Source: Cladosporium halotolerans (taxonomy: Eukaryota). Taken from it: DNA of 64,000 nt. The translations under genes were made by a program, and so were the position numbers. Below the pieces are notes generated by a model. The model had not been told where the DNA came from, did not search any database, and was given only the letters and a program-made list of their open reading frames with translations. How positions within the stretch are numbered: the first letter of the stretch is position 1; every line of letters starts with the position of its first letter. Where the stretch lies: contig NW_027191459.1 in assembly GCF_011745625.1 (NCBI RefSeq), positions 248,001-312,000 on the forward strand, given 5' to 3'. Below, piece after piece: positions 62,849-64,000 of this stretch.

Positions 62849-64000
62849 GGCAGCCGTCGGTTGCAAACACTGTAGGCACGGGCATATGTACAAAACCGTC
62901 CAACTATATCCATCTCTGTGCATATCCGCAAGAGTTGGCGGCAACTCACATCGAAAGCTGCAGCCTCGGTTAGAGGCTGCCCTAAGTGGCGGGCAATCAT
63001 TGTGGTTGCATGTGCGCCTGTGGAAACCCGTGCTATTGTTACATTGTAGGACAGGATCTCTCGGCGCCTGTCCGGCGGTCGGCGCATGCACATGAGCTTC
63101 GGATGGCTGCTCGCCAGCTAGATTAGCGACTTAGCTGCATAATTTCCTTGGACAAGGAATCTGCAGACAGCTGTTTAACAAGCTACAGCTTCCTGGTTGC
63201 TCAACACCAGCCAAAATCTGAAGACGTGACACGCGTTAAGTCCAGACCGTGAGATCGTCTCTCTTCATGTCATCGATGTCACCATCACATCCCAGCTATA
63301 TGCCGGCGGCAAGATGCCACCCGCGGGCGGATCGGGGGGCGGCGCAGCCGGATGTGCCCTAAAAGGAGACCGTCGCTTAGCTAGCACTGAAAAAGGCAAG
63401 TGCACGAAAGAGATCGCTGGAGGAATGCCTGTCGCGTGTTTCAACCCGGCCTTGCGTGCATTTCAATCCCTGCTGTTGCTGAAGTTCGACGAGTAGGCGC
63501 AGAAGACACGCTGTCGTGTCGAGCTGCCGTTCGCTGTGGGCGGGTCACGTCTCACGTAGGACACCCACTTCAGCTCGCCCTAGCATTTTGACAGCACCAC
63601 AAGCGGGCGGCTGGACAACGTTGTCATACCCACGCGCAGGCTTGTGCCGCTTGCGTATGTTGGCGCGCCCGCTTCGTGCGGCGACTTTGACAAATAATAG
63701 AGTAGGGCTTGGCCCTGCGACCTTGGCTGGCTGGACGTTGAAGGGCTGCGCCCGTTGGTGATCGGCTTGACGTGGTCGTGGCTTACACGAGACCAGCAGG
63801 GATCAATACGATAACGGGCGGCATCGCCCGAACCTCTCTGCACGCATGCTGGAGGAATCATGCCACTCCAAGCGACGCGTGAATCTACTTTCGATAATAT
63901 GGTTCGAGTAGATTGTCAGTAGCTGTACTGTTATTTCGGCGAGGTCTGAAGACGACAGGCGGATACTCATGGTGAGCTTTCAGCGGCCAAGGCTGATGTG

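Noticed and set aside
63895..63915. GGTTCGA as a tRNA T-loop
   Set aside because: No cloverleaf stems or A-box around it

Overview
Eukaryotic, intron-containing fungal DNA from a filamentous ascomycete. Codon usage and the short GT-AG introns with CTRAC branch sites suggest a Dothideomycete, which is inference. The window is a gene-dense housekeeping region with about 23 protein-coding genes. These are an MFS transporter, U1A snRNP protein, SprT/Spartan protease, GH125 mannosidase, PPG1 phosphatase, AP-3 beta, NUF2, a GPI-type wall protein, an Ulp1-type protease, NADPH-P450 reductase, a Spo5/RBMS-like RRM protein, TAO3/Furry, a GT8 transferase, POL32, tubulin cofactor D, NDUFS4, ATP17, a PNPO-like protein and several hypotheticals. 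I built the exon/intron models by hand and checked them for frame. I found no mobile element, tRNA, rRNA or CRISPR array, and there is one 10-N assembly gap. The most striking observation is in the U1A gene: intron 1 folds into a hairpin whose loop is AUUGCACUCC, the U1 snRNA stem-loop II sequence that U1A binds, and the stem occludes the intron's own 5' splice site. This suggests splicing-level autoregulation of U1A, in a gene that also has a 7-nt micro-exon and an in-frame GC-AG intron. Also notable are Puf3-type elements in both head-to-head OXPHOS genes, a frame-determining tandem acceptor in TAO3, and recurrent C-rich to G-rich skew switches.
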